64,000 nt of DNA from Pocillopora damicornis. Taxonomy: Eukaryota. The stretch is from assembly GCF_003704095.1 (NCBI RefSeq), contig NW_020845874.1:248001-312000 (forward strand), in the 5' to 3' direction. Below, one piece after another: positions 28,301 to 40,174 of this stretch. How positions within the stretch are numbered: the first letter of the stretch is position 1; each line of letters starts with the position of its first letter. The notes under the pieces were generated by a model. That model ran no database searches. It was not told the DNA's origin and saw only the letters and a program-made list of their open reading frames with translations. Made by a program: the position numbers and the translations under genes.

Positions 28301-31300
28301 CCCTCGTGAGTGTCTTCTGTAACAAAACTTGGTATGCGCGCTGTTTTTTAGGAAATCACCATAAATTATATATAAATGAAAAGGTTATTAAGTGCAGAAG
28401 TCGTTAAAGTTAAAAGTTATTTTGTTTTTTTCCTCTTTTAAGGCAAACGAAACCGGGAAATAGAAAATGACTAAACGCCATACCATCGAGTTAATTGGAT
28501 ACCAAACTTGATTGCTGATGAAAAAAAGCGCCGACTCCCTTTTGTTCCTCAAAATTCATTATATATTCAGACCGAATTCAACGGAATTCGCCCGATTCAA
28601 CAAACTCTATTCATTACGATTACGGGGGGGAGGGGGTGTTTTGTCGATTTTTTTAGTTTTCTAAACATCTCACTTCTCCTCGGAAAATTATGTCAACACC
28701 AGGCTCGCACCGTCAGCCGTCAGCCAATAGTATAGTAGAACCCCTGATGTTCACAAAAGGCAAAATGGCGCTTCACAGTTTTCGATAAGCATGAGACCGA
28801 ATGCTGAGGAAAGCTCTTTTTAGGGGGAGCCAGCCTAAGGAGATTGTTCCTAGTGTCCTCTCCTTCCGTTTAGCTCTAGGTGATCTAAAGAAGAGGACTC
28901 TCTGATGAATCAGTTTTTCTTTTTTTTTTTTTTGTAAATTGCCTAACTATAAATTAAACGCCTAGCTTTCCCTAAATCAAGTTTGTTTTATTTCAGAGAA
29001 AAGAGCCAAAAACATCACGCGGAGTCCAAGTCAGCACCATCTGTGAATCGGTAAAGAAACCTTTTGATTAGACAGTACTGATCGAACGATATACCTTATT
29101 TGTTAAAAATCCTTTCAGCAAAGCACTTTTACTTCACACCACTAAAGTGCCAATTTTAAATGAATGAACTGATCATTGAACTTGATTTACGAGCACATAA
29201 AGCTAAAATTAAGTGATTTTCTTTGATGCTGTAGTGTTGCTATAGTAACCTTGCATAACGTGAAGATGGTGAAATAATGTTGAGATGTAACTGGACACTC
29301 TTTTGACACTATTTTGAGGGAAAACTATTAAAACATGTGGAAGTATCGGTCCATCTAAGAATTGGTGTTTCAAATTAACAAAAACATTTTTAACAACCTT
29401 ATGAAGCCATTGTTTTATTTCCTAAATTGCAGGCCTCTGAGAAAGAAGTCTCCGAAAGAACACTTCACATAACCACTGCCGCAAAGGTAAATGGTGTAAG
29501 CACAATTCTCGCGTCGACGACAGCAGCTCCCCTGACATCTATTGCATCAAAAGTTGTCACATTAGCAGAAGATCCACAACCCTCTCTTCAAGCAGCGCCA
29601 AGGGTGTTATTTGATTCGCAGCAACCCTTGACAGAGAAGCCGGCACCTACCGCTGTTGTGTACACTGTGAAACCCAGACTTGCCCAACTTGCAGAAAAGC
29701 AGAATGGTACTAGCACTCACAACCGTCTCCATGTGCCCCGTCCTTCAGCAAACGAATCCACAGCGGCTTTCTTACAAGTAGAACCAGGACAATCTTCGGA
29801 ATCAATAGCCTCCAGAGCATTCAGCCAACCTCCTCCGGCTCTGCAGAATCAGGCAAAATCTCTTTTGGAACTGATTCGAGAAAATCAGCTTAAGCTATCC
29901 CAGCAAACGGAACGTCTGGAACGACAGCAGCAAATTCAACAGCAACGCACATCACATCCGTTGGTTCAATCAACGCAACATCATCCATCTGAAACTACAG
30001 CTTCCCTTTTACAACAATTGCAACGTCAGCAACAACTTCAGCAACGGCAACAACACTATCAGAAACTGGTGGAACGCCAACCGCATAAAACACTTCTACC
30101 AACATCAAGTCAAATAACTGATCAGGTCACACCCACTTTGTCAGTCTTTTCCTCCCAAAAGCAACGACATTCCACACCAGAACAACAAGTAAAATCTCAG
30201 TCCCAATTGGTCAGACCTTCAGATGAATCGCAGGAAAAGCGGCCGTCAGCTAATTCTTCTATTGCCTTGCTACAGCAAAGAGATAATTCAGCAATTTATC
30301 ATAGGCCATCCCCAAGTCACATGCATTTCGTGGTAAACTCACAGACCAAGACATCGTCAGTTCCCTCGCATCCGCCAATCATGTTCAACACAAAACAGAT
30401 TGATGAGGTCTTGAAACGCAACGAAACAGCTTTGCCTCCAAATGGGAAGAGTCCAATGTACATGTCAACCCCTCAAAGTGAACCTCCATCCCAGTCTACT
30501 TCTTCAAAACAAGCTCCAATTAATCTTCAAAGATCAAACTTAACGCACACGAAGCCTCCAGCACAGGAGGTGATTAAACATCACGTCCACCACGAACGGC
30601 ATGTATTATCAGCACAGCCTGCTGCAGAAGTGACAGTGGAAAATGCGGTAGCACGAGGTCAAACGAATACAACACTTTCTCAGCGCCTAGTATCAACTGA
30701 CATTTTCCATGCTCGACCAAAATCAGTCGGTATGCAAAAGCATGCGCAGCATCCAAGCTCTCAATTGCAGAATATGCAATCACGACCACCACCTCAAGTT
30801 GCAACCCAAATGCAGAACACAACTGAAACCAGGCGTGAACAAGAGGTTTCCTCCTCCCTGTCTACAGCAATCGCCAAGCACAAACCAATTCAATCGGATG
30901 TTTCAAGCATGCCACAAACTATTTTGGTTCCAGCTCGCAAAAAACATACAAGTGAAGAGCTCCTTCCTTCTGGTTACAGATTCTCGCTTCCATCACCTGA
31001 GTATCTTCTTCAGCGTCGGAAGCTATATGAACAAACGCAAAACCATGCTCAATCGCTGACTTCCCAAAGTAGACAAGTATCCATGACTCATTCCCTTGAA
31101 AATAACTCTTTGAATGAGAGAATTATGGTCTCTTCGACGCATTCTAGTGGACACGCAGAAGCTGTATATACGGTGCAGTCCTCCAACTTTCACACCACAG
31201 CCATCCCAACTCGACCATTCCATCAAAATGGGCAGCGCGTTGATGTACCAAGCCAGTTGCCTCATACGGACGCTTATAACCCTTTTCTATGTCGACCATC

Positions 31301-31913
31301 AGATATTCTACTGTCGCAGAAGAAGCAACATGAAAACCTTTCACAGTCTCGTAACCAGTTATACAAACCACTTCAAGGGCAAGAACAAGGTCAGTTACCT
31401 ACAGGAACAGACGGAGGTGGAAATCTTCGAAGTAGCGTACCATCTCTACATAGGCCTCCCATCCAATCTCCAGGAATATCCTCGAGTGATCCACGTATTG
31501 AGAAGAATCCCCGTGAGGCTGAAAAATCAAGTATGGCAAACAGTTTAACCCGGAGTTCTTTAAGCGATCATGGAGATGCACTAAAACCTCTTCCTAAGCC
31601 GTCAGCGTCGATTGCTGCGAGGGAGAAAAAAATTGTTCTCTCTTGGAATATGGAACATGATGACACATCAGTCAAAGTAGATAATTACGAACTGTTTGCA
31701 TGCCAAGATGTCGACGAAAGCAAAGGCCAACCAATCAAGTGGAAAAAGATAGGTATCGTGAAAGCTCTTCCACTTCCAATGGCTTGTACACTCACTCAGT
31801 TCTCTTCTGGCAGCAAGTATTTCTTTTCTGTTCGAGCAGTGGATGAAAAAGAACGAGCTGGTCCATTTAGTGATCCGTGTACTGTCTCACTAAGTTCTCA
31901 CAAAGTTGCTTGA
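25377..31913 (+). CDS. ATF7IP: ATF7IP/MCAF1/Windei-like SETDB1 cofactor (~1071 aa). Exons 25377-25408, 25921-25949, 26512-26832, 27625-27749, 28048-28221, 28997-29050, 29433-31913
   Basis: C-terminal FN3-like domain (IVLSWN...YELFA...WKKIGIVKALPLPMACTLTQF...KYFFSVRAVD...GPFSDP) carries the ATF7IP family signature. It is preceded by a coiled-coil exon and a long Q/S/P-rich disordered region. All exons join in frame (phases 2,1,1,0,0,0). Confidence 0.88.
26114..26228 (-). repeat. MITE half-copy, left arm of an inverted pair flanking ATF7IP coding exon 3
   Basis: Reverse complement of 27070-27184, about 5 mismatches over ~115 nt. Confidence 0.9.
27070..27184 (+). repeat. MITE half-copy, right arm of the inverted pair flanking ATF7IP coding exon 3
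   Basis: Reverse complement of 26114-26228. Confidence 0.9.
27310..27600. repeat. Element with inverted arrays of a 10-11-bp unit (ACATACGAGT-like on the left, ACTCGTATGT(A/C) on the right)
   Basis: About 9-10 ACTCGTATGT-like units at 27468-27573 and degenerate complementary units at 27315-27376. Confidence 0.7.
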
Positions 31914-33934
31914 TATGCAACTGAACGAAAACTTACCCAGGCTATTTAATAATTTATTCATTTTTTTTGAGGGGGGAGGGATGTGACGATTTCTCGACAT
32001 TGTTTTGATTTTTCTATAACATTGTCGAGTACGTTTTTTGTTTGTTTTTTTGCTTGGATTATATAAAAAATTGTAAAATGATAACACCGAGTAGAATTGT
32101 CAAATTAAGTAAATTGAGATTGGAAACATGAGAGGACTCCGATAGTATTTGGTTTGTCCTTCCTAATGTTCCTTTCCTTTGCAATGTGATCATTGTGCTC
32201 ATAAAGGCTTTGTTCGCCTTGCTCCTCAGGCTACTTTCACTTCCAAATAGGTTTTTCCACTTTCTTGAAGCCCTCTTCCTGATCGATAAAATTCTCCATG
32301 AACGTTTCTCGGTTTTCTAAATAAGCATGAATCAGTGATATCACTGAGACCTCATTTGCTATTTTGTAATTTCGTCATAAAAGCGATAGCGAAAAGTCAG
32401 ACAAAATCCACATAATACGTTATAGACACAGGTGCGTCTTACATTTAAAAGTAATGATGGTGGAGCTCGCAGCGCCCTAAAGGTGATTCATCAAAAAAAA
32501 AAGTTATTATTAGTCATGGTTCACGGTACATTATGAGGCAGCTAAAAGCAAGGGCTTTCAAAGTTACACTTGAAAAAAACTTGATAGGTAGGAATTCTCA
32601 AGCGTAGGGAACAATTTGACGTAAATCTGTGGAAAAATCACGCATTTTTAAACAACATCAACCCGTAACGTTCCTCGAGTCGTTGCCCTCCGCGTCATAG
32701 TAGGAGGGCAACGTTCCTCGAGTAATGGGCTTCGTGCACGCTTTTACCTAGATCTTCTTTTCCCTTGGATGAAGTTTTTTTAGTTCTCCAATTTGAAGGA
32801 GATAATTTGTACACCAAAATTATATGATAAAATATAGGTGACCGTTCTCGTTCAAGAGCTAAAAATAATCACACCTCTTTACCGGGTCCATTTACTGAAA
32901 ACCACTACCTTCTTCTCGGAATGTGCGCGCTTATTCGCCTGATTACGCAATTTTTATGCTCAGTACAGGATGCGCGGTGCAATCCTAAGAAATCACCTTA
33001 GGACAGGCGTGCAGTGTGGCATATCACTTTAATAATTGGTAACCCAACAAAGCCCAGAAAATTTGGTCTTGATGTTAGACCATACATCCATCCGTCCATT
33101 TATGAGTTACGTGCGCTGCATTGCGAGTGCAACACGTGCCTTGAAATGTAAATGAATATTAGCGACTGTCAACGTCCCCGAAAAGAATGTTTTTTACACC
33201 CTGTCTCGATCGAAAATAATATAGAGCTCCGAATGAAAAGCAAATATGTTAAAGAGTACTAGAATTTTTTGAAAAGTGCTTTGACTCTCAATTGCACCAT
33301 ACTTGGATTCGCAAAAGCAATGCGAATTACGGCAGGAAAATAAAACCGAAGTCGCTCACTCAGAGCAAAATGTTTCGAAATTTGGAAAATTAAAGATATC
33401 GTTTGATTTAATACTTTGTGTACTATCAAGCAGAAATCAGAATTTTCAACAGAAACTTGCAGAATTTCCTGTTTGTCAAATCAAATCAACAACGTTCAAG
33501 TATGGATTATACTGTTGCGTGGTTTTCGTTTTTGCGAAAAGCTCCCATTTTTTTGTACTACTAAAAGCAAATCAGCTCTTCTCTAAAGATATAGGAATTT
33601 AATTTTTTGATCAAGGTGTAGGGAAAAATACCTGGAGATTCGCTTTCAAGCCGCGCCAAAATCTAATTTACGTCTTACTTGCATTTGAGCCAGCAAAGAA
33701 AGCGCTGTTTGCTATATCTTCACGGTCACTACGAGTAGAAAACGACCTAAAAGGCCTCTTGGCGAGTCATTTTCCTCCATTAACCAATCACAGTCCTCCT
33801 TAATTATGAGTTGCGTTGATCAAGCTCCGTGAGTGACACCAAAGATCAAGAACTGGTGCCGCCACCTGTTGCAGCTAGCTACTGAAAATTTCCGGCATTT
33901 TTTTTATTTGAACACAGCTTTACGTGATTTGAAA

Positions 33935-34070
33935 TCCCCTATAAATCTGTAGGACACCAAGGAGTATTTTGATGTTTATTATCGTCCTTTTCATTGTGGA
34001 TTAACTGGTTTTAGGCAAAAGCTGTGCACAAAAAAGAACTCTCCAAGGAATAATAGTGCGACTGACCGAG
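33935..34070 (+). promoter_or_regulatory. Putative TATA box and non-coding first exon of the mucin-like gene
   Basis: CCCCTATAAAT at ~33936-33946, CCAAT at ~33784 and a consensus donor GAG|GTAAGT at 34070/34071. The next acceptor (TAATAG|, 35621) opens the signal-peptide exon. Confidence 0.5.
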
Positions 34071-35648
34071 GTAAGTCACCAGTTGGTAAATTATATGTAA
34101 GTAGGGAATTTCTTGTTTGCTTTCTTGTGGTAAAGGTTCTTTTAGACTTGCGATTTCAATGTGATTTACAAGTCTTAACCTCAGTTGAAGTAAGCAGAGT
34201 CTGTTCTTCTGGGCTGAAACTACAACATCATCTTGAATATAGTAAACACTGACACGAAACCAAAACCATTGTAATTACGGAACAAAGCTATAACACGGCA
34301 GCGTTATGAATCGGTTTTTATAACTTCAACTGACTATCTTTTCAACAATTCGAGAGGGAAAGTTAATAACCTTGGTTTAAGACTGCAAAAAAATTGTAAC
34401 GTATTGCGATTTGAAATTATTCATGAATTCAAACAGGAAGACCGCAGTCGCCGCCCATCTTGTATTTTAGGCCTCGACGGACAACATTAATTGACGACAG
34501 ATTGCCATATCAAAGATAAAGGCGGTTAGATCTCATTTCCGTTATGCATCGCATTTCGTAGGGTCATTCGATCAGTAAATCAGTAAAAATACTTTTTTTA
34601 AGCCGGCGACATTTTGTACTTTACAGAATGTTTAATCTACGTGGTGTCAACAGATTGGATAAGTCGAATTCTGCCCGCTGTTGGCGTGAAAATTCATTCT
34701 TGATTTTGAAAAAATACATGTATTTTTTAATTTTTTTCCCTTCGTTTGAGAGGCGGATATTGAATAGTCTTTCTCTGACTCTAACAAGAGATAACCACGA
34801 GAAGCTTTGACACATGCTAAATATAAACAGTGTGAAACTCTTAAGCTTAAATTCAAGCGTGTTGAGAACATACTGTTCACAACTCCAGGAAAATTCATTA
34901 AATATCTCTGTTCTTGGATTTTCCTGTGAATTTTTGAAATGCGTTTAGTACAAGTAAGCGGGATTTTACTTAAGTTCCACTGATTAGGCGCGCTCAGTGA
35001 AGAGATTATCCACCGATAATGAAAAAGATCAAGGTCAAATGCAACGATATTGAGCAAATAATAAAATAGTAAATAGATAGGTAGGTAGGTATAATGAATA
35101 GGTAGAAAACATATGAAAGAATAAGCGAAAGTTTAGGGATACTTGCTAATTCTGACAGAAGTCAACCGGAATGTGAACTGAAGCAGACGACGACATACAA
35201 CTTAACCCGCACCATCATAATAACAAACAACAGGTTTCTCACTGTTCCCATTAACGACCAGTTAGTGTTTAAGACTGGACTCGCTACGTGCAAAAATGTC
35301 CTCGTTTTTAGCCGGGTTTTCATTAATTTTCAAGAAATAAGAAAGTTATCTCTAAACAACAATAAAGTTACGGCCATCAAGGCCACATTAGTCAATTTTT
35401 GTCCTCTTTAGATCTTCAAGTTATCTTTTGTTTTGAAATGTTTTTAGGGCTTTCACATCCGCTTTAGTTTTTGTAACTACAGATCAAACAATGTATCCTT
35501 TGCGCAATGATTTAACATCTAAATTTCACAATTTAAAAGGAGAAAAGCATACCAACATCTATTTAAAAAGAGTCATTCAGGATCCTTGAACATCAATTGG
35601 TCAACCTTTTCTCTTAATAGGTTTATCTTGAATGAGATAAGGAAAGAG

Positions 35649-38600
35649 ATGAGGTTACTTTTCCTTATTTTTGTGATAGCCTGGTTTCATCCATCGGTTT
35701 ATTCAGGTAAGATGTTTATCGCTGATATACCTGCTGTCGTAATTAACAATAATTCTACTTTATCTATGACATGGAATGTTTATAAAGCCCAATATTCACT
35801 GCAAAGGGGTTAACGTATAGTTTATTTTTCTTGACATCAAAAAAAATACTAATTGATTTATGGATTCATTGACTGATCTTTTGACGGATTGATTGGCTAA
35901 CCGTAGATGTCGGAAATCCTTCCGAGTCACATAAGTCTGCGTGGAACCTAAAACAGGTCAACAGGATCCAGTTTTGTGTTCACACCACTCATGGTGAAGT
36001 TTTGGATGATTGGAGCATTGCATTGTGGTGAACAGTCCTATTCGATCGAGTCTTGTTGTTCTTACGCCAGTATTTCACATTTTAAATACAGATCTTTGTT
36101 CAATGTTTCACATCCTCGTTAATAGTCGTCATAATCTTCAAGATGTGAGAATGTTTTCATCTTCTGTTTTCTTTTATTTCAGCTCCGTTTGACGTTCGCA
36201 TTGGAAGAGGTAAAGATTGCTCACATTTGGTTCAATGTGTGTAATTAAGTGGAATAATTTGATAATATTACATTCACGATAACTTGGTTTTTCTTTATTG
36301 TACCTTCCTTTGCTTTCATTGTTTTTCAAACTTATGAAGATCGTGTCTTTAACGCAGGGCTTGCACTAAGACTTCATAGAAGGCAGGTTGCATATCAAGG
36401 TGAGCAATTATCTTGGGTTGTATTTGAAAGTAAACGTGACATCCGATTGGTAAATTATCATTTATCGTCGTTTGTGAACAGAAGCAAACCAGTAGTTCTT
36501 ATGTTTATTTCAAGAAATTATTTCTCGTATTATTTTTCATAGGATATCCAGGTTATCCAGAGTACACGTCTACCACGTCACAACAGACATTCAACCAGAA
36601 TGTTGCAACACAGCAGACAGGCGTCACATCTTCACGTAAGTACAGCCTTTCTTTTGCTTGTTTGATCAGGAGGAATTTCGACCTCCTTAGAAATTTGTAA
36701 AACCACAGTCGGAAATGCGTTAAGACAGCTTATGTCTTTGGTTTATATTTTCTTCTTCTTCTTACATATTTTAAACATTGCTTTTGTTTTGTAGCATTTC
36801 AGCTTTTAACAGTAGATCTTAAAAAAAATTCACACATTTTCAACCCGGAGGCTTCACACAACTGATGCATATTCAGAATTATGGACACCCTTAAAAACTA
36901 GTAGGAAGCTTTTAGACTATCACAAACACTTTTATAACGAGATTTATCTTGAGTTGCTTTTTAAAATAGAAACCTTGAGCTCAGCTGATTTGAACGGCAG
37001 TCCCGGAGCGACGGTTGCCTCAACTCCGACAACGCAGACAGGACAACAGCAACTAGCAACCCAAACTGGTGCTCGGGTTGTCCCAGTTCAGAACATCTAT
37101 CACACTTCCTATTCTTCTTTGTCAGCTGCTGAAAATTCATATCTTAAAAACAGCTCTTCTGCGCAAGATGTGACACAATCATCAGGAAATTCATACAAAA
37201 ACAGTTCAGCAGCTCCAGTTGCCACAAATTCAACCCTTGGCGACAGTTACCCTGTATACTATGTGTCAAGCTATCAAGAGCCAACTATACAGCGGCCGAT
37301 TTCACAACCTACATCAAATGCAACGACAAATCCGCCTTCTTCCTCATCTACACTAATAACTTCATCATCAGCACGTAATAAAAATAATTATCCAGTATAC
37401 TACGTCACGAGTCCTAACGACGAAAGCCAACAGACACCTGGAATCAGCGATAACAATTCGATCCTCGAGAAATCAACAAAAACCGTCTCTCAAAATAATG
37501 ATACCGATAGTTATCCTATCTATTATGTGAGCAGCTATAACAATGCCACCACTCAGAAAACACCAGCTCAGAATATAACAGCTGGTTCAATCAATGGAAC
37601 TGATACGTCTGACAATTATCCTGTTTACAATGTGGTCAGCCCTGAAACGAGTAAGGACGGTTTAAGAGAACCATCGAATAGCAAGGTTCCCGACTCACCC
37701 GTTACTTATGAAATAATAAATAGCACGTCAACTTCTAAACTGAACGGTAACAATTCTGTTCCTTCTTCAATTCCATTCAATAATACCCAGTCTACAGCTA
37801 GTAGCAGTAACTATCCCTCTGCTTCCACATCAGCGCCGGCATCACCACCAGCAAATAGTGCCTATAACTATTCATCTTATCCTGTGGCTCCTGCTCCCTA
37901 CAGTACAGGCAGCACATCATCCCCTGCAAGTGCTCCTTCTCCAGCAACCTACCAAGGCTACGGAACACCATCAACCTCAGCATATCCAGCGCCAGCGCCA
38001 GCTCCATATCCTGTGCCAAGCTATTATGGCTACTCAGCCAGTCAACCATCTGCATCACCATCAACAGTTCAGTCACCTGCACAGCCTTCAAATAACTCGT
38101 ACGCTTCCACATCTCAAGCTCCAGCCCCAGCCCCAGCCCCAGCCCCAGCCCTAGCTCCGGCTCCGGCTCCGGCTCCGGCTCCAGCCCCAGCACTAGCTCC
38201 ATCTTCTTCGTCTCCATCGACCATACAGACATCTGCACTGGCTTCAACCAGCTCCTATATTTCCACAAATCAGTCCTCAGCCCTTGCACCTGCTCCAGCA
38301 CCAGCTCCACCTCCAGTTCCTGCTTATCGTCAGACTCCAGCTCCAGCACTGACACCAGCTTCAGCTCCAGCTCCAGCTTCAGCTTCATCTGCATCTTCCC
38401 CTCAAATCACCGGCGTGTCATCTTCTCCTCCTCCTCTTTCATCAGAAGCCGAGTCCTCCTATTCTTCAGCTGGAGATCAGACGTCTTCTTCTGTTCAAGT
38501 CTTGAACACTCCTACCTCCCTTTCTAACCTGAGCTCACAAGAAACTCTCAACTCAGAATACGAAAACGCATCATATGTCATCGCCACCCCTCCTGAGAAA

Positions 38601-40174
38601 GAAACGATTATGTTTCTTCCTTCTCCTTCTTTTCCCCTGTCTTCACAAGCCACAAAATCAGCAAGTTCTAAAAACGCAAAAAGTTCGTCATCCAAACAAA
38701 TGAATCAACCATCTCTGTTAAATGCCACTATTTCTAAACCCCCAGCTCTAGCCAATACAACAGAGATCACTGCCAATCCCACTTCTAAACCACAAGTGCC
38801 TCCACCGGCTATAAACAATACCAACATGCAACAAACCTCAAATGCTTCGCTGTCAGTCGTGCCCCAGAACATCAGTTTTCCTGCTTTCAGAAATATGACG
38901 GACATGTCTAACACATCTTTTGGTGAACCTAGTTATAGCCCTCTGCCAGCTCCAACAGACGGACCAATAATCGAGATACCATTATCTCCTGAGGATCAAT
39001 TTCATTCGCCTTCGGTAGTCAAGACGAAACCGCCTCCATCGCACTTACCGACAAAGCCTCCCCCTGCGGCTCATTCTGTGCTAGTCACGACAAAACCTCC
39101 TGCGGCTGTTGGAGCTCATGCAACTGGCAAACATAAGGCGAATGAGTTGGGCTTTGGCGACAAATATTTAGGTATGAAAATTTTGCTCCTATAACTTCAT
39201 CTACCTTTTTTTCGGAATTTTTATTATGTTTTTGGGTTTTTACAGCCCCTAAAAATAAACGTGCTTGCCATAGGAACGTAATATTCGACGATATACTTTG
39301 TAAGGCGGAGATAAAAGTTTTTTATGGAGTATATATATGTCTCTTTTTTTAGATAGGTAAACCGTCAGGTCTTTTGACTTTATACTGTTTGTCGATTTTA
39401 TTAGAATTATTCAGACAAATTTGCTATAGTAGTTCTTTTTTTTTTGATAAAGGATTGCAATGAAAAGAGCGGCAAGCACAAAATAATAGTGAAAAAATCC
39501 AATCTAAATGCCTCTATGAATTTTTGTTTTATTCTTTGGTTTCTACAGCCTCTCAAAATAAACGTGCTCGCCATAGGAACGTAATATTCGACGGAATCGC
39601 CGGAGACAGTCAATGTAAGTATTTTAAGAAAACAAAATTGAGACAGTAAGAGAACTTTCTTCTCAAATTTGTTCTCAAATAAGCTTTGTGCATGGGTTAG
39701 AGTAATAACCATGGACGATTTGCAGTCAAACAATATGACAGTTCCTCTTGGTTTAAGAGTGATAACCTTGATGTGGTTCTCTCGAGTCGAATAATCTCGT
39801 TCTTACAGTCACACTTAAGGATTCGCGAGCATTTCCATTCCTCGTCCTGACATATTCATTACCATATGTCCACATCGATTCTTTTCCTTTCGTGCAGAAG
39901 AAAATCCTTCTCTCCCCAACACCTCATAGATTGGCATTAGAGTAGTACTAGGGCGCCATATAAGTTCCATTGCCATGTTTAATCCGTGATATACAGAGTG
40001 ATGCACATACAGTGTGTCCATCTCAAATTCCTTTCGTCCGCATTTTTGTTATAGTAAATAAACACAAACTTTCTTTTCATCCTATCAGCCTTCAGCAACT
40101 ATCAAGTATTCAGTCAGCATGATGTATTCTTCCCAAGAAATGGTAGGAAACGAAGAAATGTACCCGTTACTTAA
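35649..40174 (+). CDS. Secreted Ser/Thr/Pro/Ala/Tyr-rich mucin/extensin-like protein with a C-terminal RHRNV peptide module (~875 aa). Exons 35649-35706, 36183-36209, 36358-36399, 36543-36635, 36970-39171, 39246-39299, 39549-39614, 40089-40174
   Basis: Signal peptide MRLLFLIFVIAWFHPSVYS. All introns are phase 1 and GT/AG-bounded. The large exon matches the 746-aa ORF, with (AP)n tracts, many N-x-S/T sequons and YP[VI]YYV repeats. The tail reads KRARHRNVIFDGIAGDSQSFSNYQVFSQHDVFFPRNGRKRRNVPVT*. Confidence 0.8.

Noticed and set aside
35907-35993. Extra open phase 1-1 candidate exon in the mucin-like gene
   Set aside because: Weak acceptor and donor, and composition unlike neighbouring exons. 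Left out pending RNA evidence.
37798-38914. Antisense and alternate-frame ORFs (LELEL, PEPEP, PQPQP)
   Set aside because: Shadows of the low-complexity Ala-Pro/Ser coding exon.
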